Below are positions 25,642-35,550 of a DNA stretch of 64,000 bases, piece after piece. The position numbers and the translations under genes were made by a program. How positions within the stretch are numbered: position 1 is the stretch's first letter; the number at the start of each line of letters is the position of its first letter. This stretch comes from Gammaproteobacteria bacterium (GTDB lineage: Bacteria; Pseudomonadota; Gammaproteobacteria; Pseudomonadales; Azotimanducaceae). Below the pieces are notes generated by a model. The model made no database searches. It had not been told where the DNA came from and worked only from the letters and a program-made list of their open reading frames with translations. The stretch spans positions 13,427 through 77,426 of the forward strand of contig JAPUIA010000158.1 in the NCBI GenBank assembly GCA_027297435.1. The letters are read 5' to 3'.

Positions 25642-27029
25642 GTGGTTTTTCCAGCCAGCGACTCATGGACGGGCAAGGTCAACTGACGACACCGTTTACC
25701 GTGGAGCTAGACGGCGGGTCCTGTGAGTGCCTAGAGGTCTTGCGCTTGCTGCCGGGCAAGCGGTTGGTAGCGCGAGCGCGTTACCAGGCGCGCGACGTAG
25801 TCGTCAAACTGTTCATCGGACCTGGCGCCAGACGGCGCTATACGCGCGAAAAAACGGGTGTCACTCATCTGCTCGCAAGTAGCGCTTTGAGCCCCCGCCT
25901 CGTCGACACCGCACTCCTCGCACACGGACGCGGCTGGGCATTGGTTTTCGATTATGTTGCCGACGCAAGGCCCGTTTTGGTCGAAGATCGGCAGGCGGCA
26001 GAACAGATCGCCGACACGCTCGGCCACTTGCATGCGGACGGCGTGGTGCACCGAGATTTGCATCTAGACAACTTCATGCTCGCGAGGAATCGCGTATACG
26101 TTGTCGATGGCGACAGCGTCAAAAAAGTGCGAGGCGCGCTCTCGGAAACACCGAGCCTTGGCTACCTTGCGGAGTTTCTCGCCCAGTACCCCCCATCCGA
26201 GGTCGGTAGGCTGGCAAGCTTGATGGCCTGCTACGAACGAGCCCGCGGATGGTCGGTTAGCACCGATCGGTTGTCGCGTGTCGCGGCCGCCGTGGTAGCT
26301 GCTAGAAAGCGACGCGTGCGTCGCTACTTGGCGAAGACCCAGCGCACCTGTACCGAGTTCGTACAGGTCGGCAAGTGGCATTCGAACGTGCTTGCTAGAC
26401 GCGCTCACTTCAATGAGCCGCTCGTAACGTTCGCGGAGGATCCGGAAACGCATCTCGCCGACGCCCAAATCATCAAGGCCGGCAACTCTGCGACCGTGTT
26501 TCGGGTAGTCATAGGCAATGAACCCGTGATTGTGAAACGCTACAACGTCAAAAGTTTTTGGCATCGCGTACGTCGCTGGTTCAAGCCGCGAGCCCGCAGT
26601 GCTTGGCGCAACGGCCATCGCTTGCGGTTTCTCTGCATACCGACGGCGGATCCGATCCTGCTGGTCGAGCGCCGTTGGGGACCGTTTAGCGGATTGGCCT
26701 ACCTGGTCATGGCGGATCGGGGTGATGCGAACCTTGCGATGCAGGTTGCGTCTTGCGGCTGGCAGCCAGCGTGGCTCGATGCGGTGGTCGGATTGTTTGC
26801 CGATCTCAGAACGGCCGGATTGCGACACCGAGACACGAAGGCAACGAACTTTTTGGTCGACAATGGGGGCGTGTATCTCATCGATCTCGATGGCATGACC
26901 GAGTTGCGAGGTTCGGCCCTGACGGTCGCCCAGGGACCGACTGATGATGTTCGCCGATTCCTCGACAACTGGCAGGGTGAGGATTTGGTGCGGGTCGAAG
27001 AGCACTTGCGCGAGGCTGGACTGGCTTGA
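25638..27029 (+). CDS. LPS kinase-family protein with two kinase-like domains
   Basis: GTG 25638 overlaps the waaP stop (GTGA); alternative ATG 25665. Two catalytic-loop regions: GVVHRDLHLDNFML..VVDGD and GLRHRDTKATNFLV..LIDLDGM. Confidence 0.7.
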   Translation: MSGFSSQRLMDGQGQLTTPFTVELDGGSCECLEVLRLLPGKRLVARARYQARDVVVKLFIGPGARRRYTREKTGVTHLLASSALSPRLVDTALLAHGRGWALVFDYVADARPVLVEDRQAAEQIADTLGHLHADGVVHRDLHLDNFMLARNRVYVVDGDSVKKVRGALSETPSLGYLAEFLAQYPPSEVGRLASLMACYERARGWSVSTDRLSRVAAAVVAARKRRVRRYLAKTQRTCTEFVQVGKWHSNVLARRAHFNEPLVTFAEDPETHLADAQIIKAGNSATVFRVVIGNEPVIVKRYNVKSFWHRVRRWFKPRARSAWRNGHRLRFLCIPTADPILLVERRWGPFSGLAYLVMADRGDANLAMQVASCGWQPAWLDAVVGLFADLRTAGLRHRDTKATNFLVDNGGVYLIDLDGMTELRGSALTVAQGPTDDVRRFLDNWQGEDLVRVEEHLREAGLA

Positions 27030-28762
27030 TCATCCTAGGTCTATCCGGTGCCCTCGGTCATGACCCGTCTGCCGCGCTCCTGGTGGACGGCGAAGTGGTG
27101 GCCGCTGCCGAAGAAGAGCGGTTCATCCGCGACAAGCACGCGAAAAACCACATGCCGGTGGAGTCGGCTCGCTACTGTCTGACGGCGGCGGGCATCGAAC
27201 CTTCAAAGGTCGACGTGGTCGCCTTCCCGTACGCGCCGATCAGCTTGGCGGGCCGTGCTCGCTGGCACTTTGCGAAACGTTATTGGTACGCGCCCGATCG
27301 CGCAGCAGACGCCTTGTTCAATGGCAACCGGCGCTTCCGCCGGAACAGACAGCGCGTATTGGCGGCTGGGCATACGTTGGGCATCGATTGGCAACGTACC
27401 GAGTTCGTCCCGGTTGAACATCATCTGGCGCACGCATCGAGCGCCTATCATCTGAGCGGCTTTGACGAGAAAACCGCGATCATGGGCGTCGACGGGAAAG
27501 GCGAGTACGCCACGACGTTTTTCGGTTATGGCGAAAATGGTCGTATCCACCGTATCAAGGAATTCTATGACCCCGATTCGTTGAGTGGGGTTTACGGGGC
27601 GATTACCGAATACCTTGGGTTCGAAATGCTCGACGGTGAATACAAGGTCATGGGTATGGCGCCGTTTGGCGACCCGGACAAGTACGATCTGTCGCGGATC
27701 ATTCGGGCTGCCGGCGATGGTTTCGAGGTCGATACAGAATACGTCAACACGGTCGGACTGCGTCGCTACAAAGAGGCTGGGGTTGGCTTCTACTTTAGTC
27801 AGAAACTTATCGACTGGTTAGGCCCGAGGCGTCAAGGTGACATGGCCGACGAGCCCTACATTCACTACGCGGCTTCGATGCAAAAGCTGTTTGAGGAATG
27901 GTGCCTGCAACTGATGGAGACTTATCTGGGCGACGTGTTGCGGGAAACCGGCAAGTTGGCGTTTGCCGGAGGTGGCGCGCTCAACGTCAAGCTCAATCAA
28001 CGCATCGTCGCGCTTGAACATGTCGATGAACTATTCGTACAACCGGCCTCGGGAGATTCCGGCACTTCGTTGGGCGCAGCAACTTACGTCGCGAACGAGC
28101 GTGGCGAACGGCTCAGCAAGATGACCCATGTATTTCTCGGGCCGCGCTACACGAACGCCGAGTGCTTGGCGGCCTTGCAAGCAGCGGAGCAACCCATCGA
28201 CTTTCGGGTGCTCGATGATGTCGCTGCAGAGGTGGCTGACCTATTGGCGGCTGGTCATCCGGTCGCTTGGTTACAGGGACGCATGGAGTTAGGTCCGCGG
28301 GCCCGCGGCGGACGCAGTATATTGGGGTGCCCGAGCGTGATCGGTGTAGCCGATCGCATCAACGAACAGATCAAGTTCCGAGAACGATGGCGCCCCTTCT
28401 GTCCGAGCGTGCTCGACCGGGTGGCGGCGGAAATCATACAGACGGATCATCCGGCGCCGTTCATGACGATTACCTTTGATGTTGCTGAGGGTTGGAAAGA
28501 CCGCATACCGGAAGTCGTGCACGAGGACGGGACGGCGCGCGTGCAGATTGTTGAAGAGCCGCACAACCCGCGTTACTACGCGCTGTTGCAACACTTGGAA
28601 CGCCTGACCGGTAACGCGGTGGTGCTCAATACATCGCTCAATCGGCGTGGTGAACCGATCGTGTGTTCCCCGCAAGATGCGCTCGATATGTTCTTCGGGT
28701 CGGATCTCGAGTACCTGGCGCTCGAGGATTATCTCGTGACGAAGCCTCCTGAAGAAGAGTAG
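27026..28762 (+). CDS. carbamoyltransferase (NodU/CmcH family)
   Basis: TTG 27026 overlaps the upstream stop (TTGA). MIILGLSGALGHDPSAALLVDGEVVAAAEEERF, HHLAHASSAY and LNTSLNRRGEPIV are family signatures. Confidence 0.88.
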   Translation: MIILGLSGALGHDPSAALLVDGEVVAAAEEERFIRDKHAKNHMPVESARYCLTAAGIEPSKVDVVAFPYAPISLAGRARWHFAKRYWYAPDRAADALFNGNRRFRRNRQRVLAAGHTLGIDWQRTEFVPVEHHLAHASSAYHLSGFDEKTAIMGVDGKGEYATTFFGYGENGRIHRIKEFYDPDSLSGVYGAITEYLGFEMLDGEYKVMGMAPFGDPDKYDLSRIIRAAGDGFEVDTEYVNTVGLRRYKEAGVGFYFSQKLIDWLGPRRQGDMADEPYIHYAASMQKLFEEWCLQLMETYLGDVLRETGKLAFAGGGALNVKLNQRIVALEHVDELFVQPASGDSGTSLGAATYVANERGERLSKMTHVFLGPRYTNAECLAALQAAEQPIDFRVLDDVAAEVADLLAAGHPVAWLQGRMELGPRARGGRSILGCPSVIGVADRINEQIKFRERWRPFCPSVLDRVAAEIIQTDHPAPFMTITFDVAEGWKDRIPEVVHEDGTARVQIVEEPHNPRYYALLQHLERLTGNAVVLNTSLNRRGEPIVCSPQDALDMFFGSDLEYLALEDYLVTKPPEEE

Positions 28763-29811
28763 TGCCTGATTCTCCCATTGTGCGGTTGCTGCAGATCTGT
28801 CCCAACGATGAAGCGCCGTTCGGTGCGTTGTGCGGTGTATATCAGAAGGCGGCTGAAAGCCTCGGCTTGGCGACCCGCACGGTTTTCCTGGCGCCACCGA
28901 GGGCCGATCGAGGGGACGCAACCTATCTCGACTGCGACGATCTGTCCGAGACGAGATTCGTTGCACAACGTTTGGCCGCCGTCGCCGGCGACGTCAGCGC
29001 GTGTCTGGTGATTTGTCATCGCTACCGCGCCTATCGGATTTACCTAGACAGCAAATTGCGCGCCGCGAAGACGGTTGCGGTGGCCCACGAGTTCGGGTTC
29101 TTCAAGCGCTGGCGCCGCCGCTTGAGACGCCGGATCGTCGGTCGCGGAGTCTTGTTTGCCGGTGTGTCCCAGGCGGTAGCGGACGAACTTACGGCTGCCG
29201 TCGGACACGCGATCGTACTGTCTAACGCCCTGGATCTCGACGCCGTCGGCTTCTTGGAACGCGACGCCGCCAGGGCGACGTTGAACGTTCCGGTGGATAG
29301 TTGGTGCTGCGGTTATGTGGGCCGCTTGCACTACTGGAAGCAACCGCAACTCGCGCTGCAAGGATTTCGCCAGGCTCGCGAGCGGATCGCCGATGGTCGG
29401 TTGACGTTTCTGGGCGACGGTGAAATGCGGTCCGCGCTCGAACAGCAAGCGGCCGGGTTGCCCGTATCGTTTACCGGGTTCGTGGCGGGGGCCGCCCGAT
29501 ATGTGAAGGCCTTTGATGTGGTGCTAATGACGTCGACGGCAAGGGAGGCATTCGGCATGGTGGCGCTTGAAGCCATGGCCGCAGGCGTTCCGGTAATTGC
29601 GCCCCGGCACCCGGGCCCCGTCAGCGTGCTGGGCGACACCGGTTACTACTACGACGATCCCAAGGACATTGGCGAGTGTTTGGTTGCGGTAGCCCGAGGA
29701 GGTGCCGTGTTGCAAGAGCGGCGAGCGGCGGGTGTGTTACGAGCCCAGCAATCCTTCTCTATCACCGCGTTGGCGGCGCGCCTGGACAGTCTACGTTACG
29801 CAGACGATTGA
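28762..29811 (+). CDS. GT4-family glycosyltransferase (LPS core)
   Basis: GTG 28762 overlaps the upstream TAG by 1 nt. C-terminal GT-B motif EAFGMVALEAMAAGVPVIA (EX7E). Confidence 0.8.
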   Translation: MPDSPIVRLLQICPNDEAPFGALCGVYQKAAESLGLATRTVFLAPPRADRGDATYLDCDDLSETRFVAQRLAAVAGDVSACLVICHRYRAYRIYLDSKLRAAKTVAVAHEFGFFKRWRRRLRRRIVGRGVLFAGVSQAVADELTAAVGHAIVLSNALDLDAVGFLERDAARATLNVPVDSWCCGYVGRLHYWKQPQLALQGFRQARERIADGRLTFLGDGEMRSALEQQAAGLPVSFTGFVAGAARYVKAFDVVLMTSTAREAFGMVALEAMAAGVPVIAPRHPGPVSVLGDTGYYYDDPKDIGECLVAVARGGAVLQERRAAGVLRAQQSFSITALAARLDSLRYADD

Positions 29812-29814
29812 GCG

Positions 29815-30732
29815 TCACCCGTAGAACGGCGCTTCGCCTGCCGGCCGGGTCTTGAAACGTTTATGCAGCCACAGGTATTGCTCTGGATGCTTGCGCACCT
29901 CAGCTTCCACGATCTGATTGGTGCGCGTCGCGTCGGCGCGATCGTCACCGGTCGGAAAGTTCTCGAGGGGCGGCCCAAAAGTGATCGACCAACGTCGTGC
30001 GGCATAGTCGCGGTGTTGGGTCATCATGAGTACCGGTGAGTCGTTGAATCTCGCGAATCGCGACGTGGCCGTGATGGTGGCCGTCTCCACGCCAAAAAAC
30101 GGCGCGAATACCGAATGTTTGGCACCGTAGTCTTGGTCCGCCGCGTACCAGATGGCTCGTCCGGCCTTGAGCATGCGCAGCGTTGTGCGAGTATCCTTGC
30201 GTTCGACGACGCCTTGGAAGTGGTGAGAACGCCCATAGACTTGCAGCCACTCCCATACCGGGTTCTTGTTCTCGCGGTACATCACGTCGACGCACTCGAG
30301 GTCTCCGAGAGCTTGGGCGATGGCATCCATGGTCGCGAAGTGGCCTCCCAGCACGATGACCCCGCGGCCTTGGGCGACAGCTTGCTGCAGGTGCTCGACC
30401 CCGTGAACGGAAATACGCTCACGCAGGCTGCGCTTGGGATTCAACCAGGTGATACACATCTCGAGGCCGCCGATCGCGACGGCCTCGAATACGGCCTTGC
30501 TCAAAGCGCGAATCTGTTCGTCGCTGCGCTCGGGAAAACACGCCCGCAGATTCGTTTCGGTGATGTGTCGGCGAGAGCCGCCGACGTAAAATACCAAGCG
30601 GCCCAGGTATTTGCCCAGCGGAAACATGACGCCCAAAGGCAAACGTCCGACCAGCCAACCGATGCCGACGACCAACCACGTCGGCCACACCCTTGGCGAG
30701 GCGATGTGGTGGCGTTTTGAGCGTTTCGACAT
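29815..30732 (-). CDS. lpxL: lipid A biosynthesis lauroyl/myristoyl acyltransferase (LpxL/HtrB family)
   Basis: N-terminal anchor WPTWLVVGIGWLV and the HX4D catalytic motif (GGHFATMD). 305 aa. The choice of paralogue (L/M) is uncertain. Confidence 0.8.
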   Translation of the reverse strand: MSKRSKRHHIASPRVWPTWLVVGIGWLVGRLPLGVMFPLGKYLGRLVFYVGGSRRHITETNLRACFPERSDEQIRALSKAVFEAVAIGGLEMCITWLNPKRSLRERISVHGVEHLQQAVAQGRGVIVLGGHFATMDAIAQALGDLECVDVMYRENKNPVWEWLQVYGRSHHFQGVVERKDTRTTLRMLKAGRAIWYAADQDYGAKHSVFAPFFGVETATITATSRFARFNDSPVLMMTQHRDYAARRWSITFGPPLENFPTGDDRADATRTNQIVEAEVRKHPEQYLWLHKRFKTRPAGEAPFYG

Positions 30733-30792
30733 GACGTGCTACGGATCTGCAATGCTGGCGCGAGCCCGCGTGGATTGTAGCAGGGCTGCCCT

Positions 30793-32253
30793 GTGTTACC
30801 ATCCGCCGCAACTCCTATCGAGTCTCTTCGGTTGGCGCATTTGCAACTACCCTCATTGCAGAACGTGCGTGTGCTTGTCATAGGTGACGTTATGCTGGAT
30901 CGCTATTGGCACGGCACCACCAGTCGCGTTTCTCCGGAGGCGCCGGTACCAATCGTAGACGTCAACCGCAGCGAGGATCGCCCCGGGGGCGCGGCAAACG
31001 TCGCTCTCAACGTCGTAAGCCTAGGCGCCAGATGTACGCTGCTTGGTTGTGTCGGCACCGACGAGGCGGGGCTATTGCTGGCCGAAAAGTTAGAGGCAGC
31101 GGGGGTTGTTTGCGATTTCGTGGAGGTACCGGACTGGTCGACCATCATGAAATTGAGAGTGGTTAGCCGGCATCAGCAATTGCTCAGAAGCGACTTCGAA
31201 ACCCCGCTTCCGGAGGTGTGTGCTGACCTGTTGCTCGCCAAATTGCCAGCTCACCTCGATGCGGCGAGCGTGCTGATCATCGAGGACTACGACAAGGGCG
31301 CCCTCCGCGATACGCAGGCGGCGATGCGCGCGGCCGCCGCGAAAAACGTACCGGTGGTCGTCGATCCGAAATCCAAACCGTTTTCGGACTATGCGGGTGC
31401 CAGCCTGTTGAAACCCAACAACCAAGAGTTCGAGGCGGGCGCGGGCGCGTGGTCTTCGGAAGTTGGGCTCAGCGAACGAGCGGATAAGTTGTGTCGAGAT
31501 CACGCTATCGCCGCTTTCGTTGTCACCCACGGCAGTGAGGGTATGTCCGTGGTTGCCGAGGGCCAGCATCGCCATTTTCCAGCCCGATCCGTTGAGGTCT
31601 TCGACGTCACGGGGGCCGGTGATACGGCGGCGGCCGTTTTGGGTATCGCGACTGGGCTTGGCTGGTCTGCGATCGATGCGGCGCGCTTGGCCAATGTCGC
31701 CAGTAGTATCGTCGTCACCAAAGCGGGTACCGCGACGGTGAGCGGGCCCGAGCTGGCACTGGCAGTGCAAGCAGACGATCGAACCGACAAAGGCATGCTG
31801 ACTCGGGAACAGGTGGCACACGCAGTTCGGCTCGCCAAGCAGGCGGGCGAGAAAGTGATCTTTACCAACGGTTGCTTCGACATACTGCATGCGGGCCACG
31901 TCAGCTATCTCGAAGAAGCCCGTGCGCTGGGCGACCGCTTGGTCGTGGCCGTCAACGACGATGCGTCGGTGACTCGACTAAAGGGCGCGGGACGGCCCGT
32001 CAACGAGTTGCGACGGCGCTTGCGCGTGCTCGCCGGGCTTGCAAGCGTCGACTGGGTGGTCGGGTTTGCCGAGGACACGCCGGTAGGTTTACTCGAGGAG
32101 CTAGAACCCAACGTGCTCGTCAAAGGTGGCGACTATGGCGTGGACGAGGTGGTCGGTGCCGATGTCGTCGCGGCGTATGGCGGAGAGGTTCAGGTGCTCG
32201 GTTTGGTCGAGGATTGCTCGACGAGCGAGATATTGGAGAAAGTGCGAGGCTAG
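30793..32253 (+). CDS. hldE: bifunctional D-beta-D-heptose 7-phosphate kinase / heptose 1-phosphate adenylyltransferase
   Basis: VLVIGDVMLDRYWHG and DVTGAGDT (ribokinase-like) plus a C-terminal FTNGCFDILHAGHVSYL cytidylyltransferase domain. The start could instead be the in-frame TTG 30832. Confidence 0.93.
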   Translation: MLPSAATPIESLRLAHLQLPSLQNVRVLVIGDVMLDRYWHGTTSRVSPEAPVPIVDVNRSEDRPGGAANVALNVVSLGARCTLLGCVGTDEAGLLLAEKLEAAGVVCDFVEVPDWSTIMKLRVVSRHQQLLRSDFETPLPEVCADLLLAKLPAHLDAASVLIIEDYDKGALRDTQAAMRAAAAKNVPVVVDPKSKPFSDYAGASLLKPNNQEFEAGAGAWSSEVGLSERADKLCRDHAIAAFVVTHGSEGMSVVAEGQHRHFPARSVEVFDVTGAGDTAAAVLGIATGLGWSAIDAARLANVASSIVVTKAGTATVSGPELALAVQADDRTDKGMLTREQVAHAVRLAKQAGEKVIFTNGCFDILHAGHVSYLEEARALGDRLVVAVNDDASVTRLKGAGRPVNELRRRLRVLAGLASVDWVVGFAEDTPVGLLEELEPNVLVKGGDYGVDEVVGADVVAAYGGEVQVLGLVEDCSTSEILEKVRG

Positions 32254-33029
32254 GGCTTCAGCATGCTTGCGTTTTCGGTCAAGTGCTCGGGATTGAGCGT
32301 TCCCACCACGACACTCGACACTCCGGCTTGCTCGGCGACAAACCGCAAACTTTCCGGTCCGGCATGGCCACTTTCCAGCGCTTTCTTGATGACGACGCCG
32401 CAACCTTGAACCCCGGCCTCTGCAATCACGTCGAGCTCGTCGCGCATGCTCGAGTTGAGGGTCGCCATAATGACGTCGGCGCCGGCGCCAAGTGCCAAAC
32501 GTGCCCCGTTGGCCGATTTGTGTGAGATGCCCACTGCCCTGATCAGCCCTTGCCCCTTCAGATCGAATAGGCATTCGAGCGTTCCGAGGTGCCCGAGGAT
32601 GTGTTCGTCGTCGCCGTCGGAGTGAATCAGGACGATGTCCAGATAGTCGGTTGCCAAGCGTTCCAGGGAGCGATGCACACTCGTAATCGTGTGTTCGGGC
32701 GAAAAATCGTAGCGCGACTGGCCCGCGGCGAATTCCTCGCCCACCTTCGTCATGATGATCCAGTCGCGCCGTTGACCTTTGAGTAGCTCGCCGAGGCGCT
32801 CCTCGCTCGTGCCGTAGGCGGGCGCGGTATCGATGAAGTTCACTCCCAGGGCTTGGGCTCGCGACAACAGCCGTCTCGCTTCGGCGTCGGTTGGCAGTGC
32901 GAAACTTCGCGGGTACTCGACTGCGGTGTTTCTGCCCAGCTTCACCGTTCCTAAACCGAGCACCGACACGGCGATTCCGGACTTGCCTAGCTCGCGATAC
33001 TGCATCACGGCGGGGTTGTCTGCGCCCAT
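32250..33029 (-). CDS. aldo/keto reductase
   Basis: YRELGKSGIAVSVLGLGT and NFIDTAPAYG..E are AKR N-terminal signatures. 259 aa. Confidence 0.85.
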   Translation of the reverse strand: MGADNPAVMQYRELGKSGIAVSVLGLGTVKLGRNTAVEYPRSFALPTDAEARRLLSRAQALGVNFIDTAPAYGTSEERLGELLKGQRRDWIIMTKVGEEFAAGQSRYDFSPEHTITSVHRSLERLATDYLDIVLIHSDGDDEHILGHLGTLECLFDLKGQGLIRAVGISHKSANGARLALGAGADVIMATLNSSMRDELDVIAEAGVQGCGVVIKKALESGHAGPESLRFVAEQAGVSSVVVGTLNPEHLTENASMLKP

Positions 33030-34192
33030 GCCGGTGCAGCAATGGGTGCCGACGGTAAGTCGAGCGTAACGGGTTCAGCATGTTGGGGCGGGGGTAGCAA
33101 AGCGAGCACCCGATCGCCGAGGTCGGGTGCCAGCGTCAGCTTGGTCGGCCAACAGGTTACGCAGGGGCCGCTGACCGCGGCAAACGCTTCGTCTGGTCGC
33201 GTCAGACCGGTTTGTTCAGGCTCGGCGCGATCTATCATCAGTGAGGTAAAGTTCGCAGCTGACCAGTCGATCCACGAGAAACAGACGTTCAACTCGTCGC
33301 GCGCCACGTCGCACTGGGACTGACTGTCGCGTTCCACACCATCGGTCGCGAGTTGGCCGCCTAAGTACCACAACCAGCCGTCGCCATCTCGGTGACTGGT
33401 AACCGTCAGCCGTGGCTCCGCTCGCTTCGCTCCGGTCAGACAGTGCGCGTACACCGGCGATGGATTGGCATGGCGAACGATTACCTGATGCAACGGGCGG
33501 GTTTGCATCGGCGTCGTATCGATGCCCAGCGACCTCGCCAACGCCGCGTTACCGGCGCCGGCGCAAAGTATCAATCGGTTGGCAATCAGGGTTTGCGGGC
33601 CGACCCGCAAGGTGACCGAGTCATCGACCGTGCAGTGGCGGCCATCGACTCGCAACCGATAGATGCGCTGCCCTGCTTGATGCTTCAGTTGCTCGATCAG
33701 TGCCGTCGTGTCGAGAACGAAGTCGTCTAAGCGGTACACGTAGCCTTGGAAACCGTCGACCTGGAAGATCTCCGGGTAGGCCGCGCGCGCCAACTTCTCG
33801 ATGCGACCCCTGAGGCCCTTGCTGGCGAAGAAGGTGGCGAGCCGCCCCAAGGCACCTCGATCGGCGAACATGTAGTAGTGATCGGCGAGCGGCGTCAGCC
33901 CAGTCAGGTTTACCTGTCCATGGCCCGCCAGACAAGCCCGCCAACGAGACGGCATGGCGGCGATCGCCTCGCTGGCTCCGGTGAGTCGTCCGCTCAACGC
34001 GTACTTGAGTCCGCCGTGAATCATGCCTTGAGATGCCAGCGTTTGTTCGCAGCCGAGCGATTCCGCCTCGAACAGTACCGCGTTGTAACCTTTTACGAGG
34101 AGCACACTCAGTGTCCACAACCCGGCAATGCCTCCGCCAACGATGATGGCGTCGATATGCCGCGGCGCTCGCGTGTCGGGATTCATAGCCAC
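33005..34192 (-). CDS. FAD-dependent oxidoreductase (DAO/GlpD-like)
   Basis: Rossmann dinucleotide motif DAIIVGGGIAGL and ASQGMIHGGLKY. Its 3' end overlaps the downstream AKR start by 25 nt. Confidence 0.8.
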   Translation of the reverse strand: MAMNPDTRAPRHIDAIIVGGGIAGLWTLSVLLVKGYNAVLFEAESLGCEQTLASQGMIHGGLKYALSGRLTGASEAIAAMPSRWRACLAGHGQVNLTGLTPLADHYYMFADRGALGRLATFFASKGLRGRIEKLARAAYPEIFQVDGFQGYVYRLDDFVLDTTALIEQLKHQAGQRIYRLRVDGRHCTVDDSVTLRVGPQTLIANRLILCAGAGNAALARSLGIDTTPMQTRPLHQVIVRHANPSPVYAHCLTGAKRAEPRLTVTSHRDGDGWLWYLGGQLATDGVERDSQSQCDVARDELNVCFSWIDWSAANFTSLMIDRAEPEQTGLTRPDEAFAAVSGPCVTCWPTKLTLAPDLGDRVLALLPPPQHAEPVTLDLPSAPIAAPAWAQTTPP

Positions 34193-34260
34193 GCAATCAA
34201 CACTAGCGGTGCAACAAAATCAACCGTAGGCTGCTCGCGAAAGCTCAATACGGGTACCCG

Positions 34261-35550
34261 GTGTCGAAGTGGCTTTACCAAGTACTGTTGTGGGTGGCGT
34301 ATCCCTGGGTGTTGGTGCGTCTGCGGTGGCGCGCCCGCCGTGAGCCTGAGTATGGTCAACGCGTCGGCGAACGATTTGGCCGGCTGCCGGAACACATACG
34401 ATCCGGCTGCATCTGCTTCCACACGGTTTCTGCTGGCGAAACCATCGCAGCAGCGCCACTGATTGCGACCCTGGCGGAAGAGTTTTCCGGCTCGGATGGG
34501 CTCAGCGTGCCGTTTCTCGTGACGACGATGACCCCCACGGGCTCGGCCCAAGCGCAGAGCCGCTTGCTGGAACACGCTCAGCACTGTTACGCGCCTTACG
34601 ATTTTCGGTTTGCGGTGCGCAGGTTTTTTGATGCCGTTCGTCCTAAGTTGCTCGTGCTCATGGAAACCGAACTGTGGCCGAACCTCATCGACGAAGCCCA
34701 TGCGCGGGGCATACCGGTGTTGTTGGTGAATGCACGGTTGTCGGAACGCTCTCAGCGAGGCTATGCGCGCGTCAGTGGCTTGACGAGCAAGATGCTGCAG
34801 CAGGTGCGTTACATCGCTTGTCAGTACCCGGATCATGCCTTGCGCTTCAAGACGTTGGGCGCGACGGATGAACAGGTGAGCGTGTTGGGCAGCGTCAAGT
34901 TCGACGTGAGGTTGCCGCTCGATCACGCAGAACGGGTCGCCTCGATCAAGACTGCGTTGGGTTTGAACGAACGCCCGGTGTGGATCGCTGGCAGCACGCA
35001 TCCAGGCGAAGACGAGATCGTTCTGCAAGCACACCAAAGGATAAGTCGCCACGATGCGGCTAGTTGCTTATTGATAGTGCCGCGGCATCCGGTCAGAGGT
35101 TTGGAAGTCGAGACGCTGGCCCGCGAGTTGGGATTTTCGGTTACCCGTCAAAGCACCGGCATAAAGCCTGGCGCCGATGTGGTGATTTGCGACACCATGG
35201 GGCAGCTGCAAACCCTTTACGGGTTGTCGGACGTGGCGTTTCTTGGAGGCAGTTTGGTTTCGGTAGGTGGGCACAACCCGATCGAGGCAGCCATCTGTGC
35301 GCAACCCGTGATCATGGGCCCGGCAACCTTCAATTTTCCAGATGTGGTCGCCGCGTTTGTCGACGCCGAGTGCCTGACGATGGTGCAGAACGCATCGGAG
35401 CTAGCCAACGCGGTGATCGAGTGTTTCGAAAACGAGTCTGTACGGGTTGCACGCGGTGAGCGAGCACGACGGGTCGTGTCCGACAATCGTGGGGCGACCG
35501 AGCGGTTGCTGGATTTATTGCGGGACGAGATTCGTACTGCGATTACGTAA
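34261..35550 (+). CDS. waaA: 3-deoxy-D-manno-octulosonic acid (Kdo) transferase
   Basis: GTG 34261. MSKWLYQVLLWVAYPWVLVRL..ERFG, HTVSAGE and GGSLVSVGGHNPIEAA are KdtA/WaaA motifs. Confidence 0.92.
   Translation: MSKWLYQVLLWVAYPWVLVRLRWRARREPEYGQRVGERFGRLPEHIRSGCICFHTVSAGETIAAAPLIATLAEEFSGSDGLSVPFLVTTMTPTGSAQAQSRLLEHAQHCYAPYDFRFAVRRFFDAVRPKLLVLMETELWPNLIDEAHARGIPVLLVNARLSERSQRGYARVSGLTSKMLQQVRYIACQYPDHALRFKTLGATDEQVSVLGSVKFDVRLPLDHAERVASIKTALGLNERPVWIAGSTHPGEDEIVLQAHQRISRHDAASCLLIVPRHPVRGLEVETLARELGFSVTRQSTGIKPGADVVICDTMGQLQTLYGLSDVAFLGGSLVSVGGHNPIEAAICAQPVIMGPATFNFPDVVAAFVDAECLTMVQNASELANAVIECFENESVRVARGERARRVVSDNRGATERLLDLLRDEIRTAIT

Noticed and set aside
26064-27005. Long antisense ORFs inside well-supported genes. 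Examples: 26064-27005, 38511-39533, 40668-41579, 32101-33081, 34183-35052, 20200-20841, 13051-13998.
   Set aside because: They are typical shadow ORFs of a GC-rich genome. They share wobble positions with the sense gene, their translations are Arg/Pro/Gly-rich with no motifs, and the opposite-strand genes have unambiguous family signatures.
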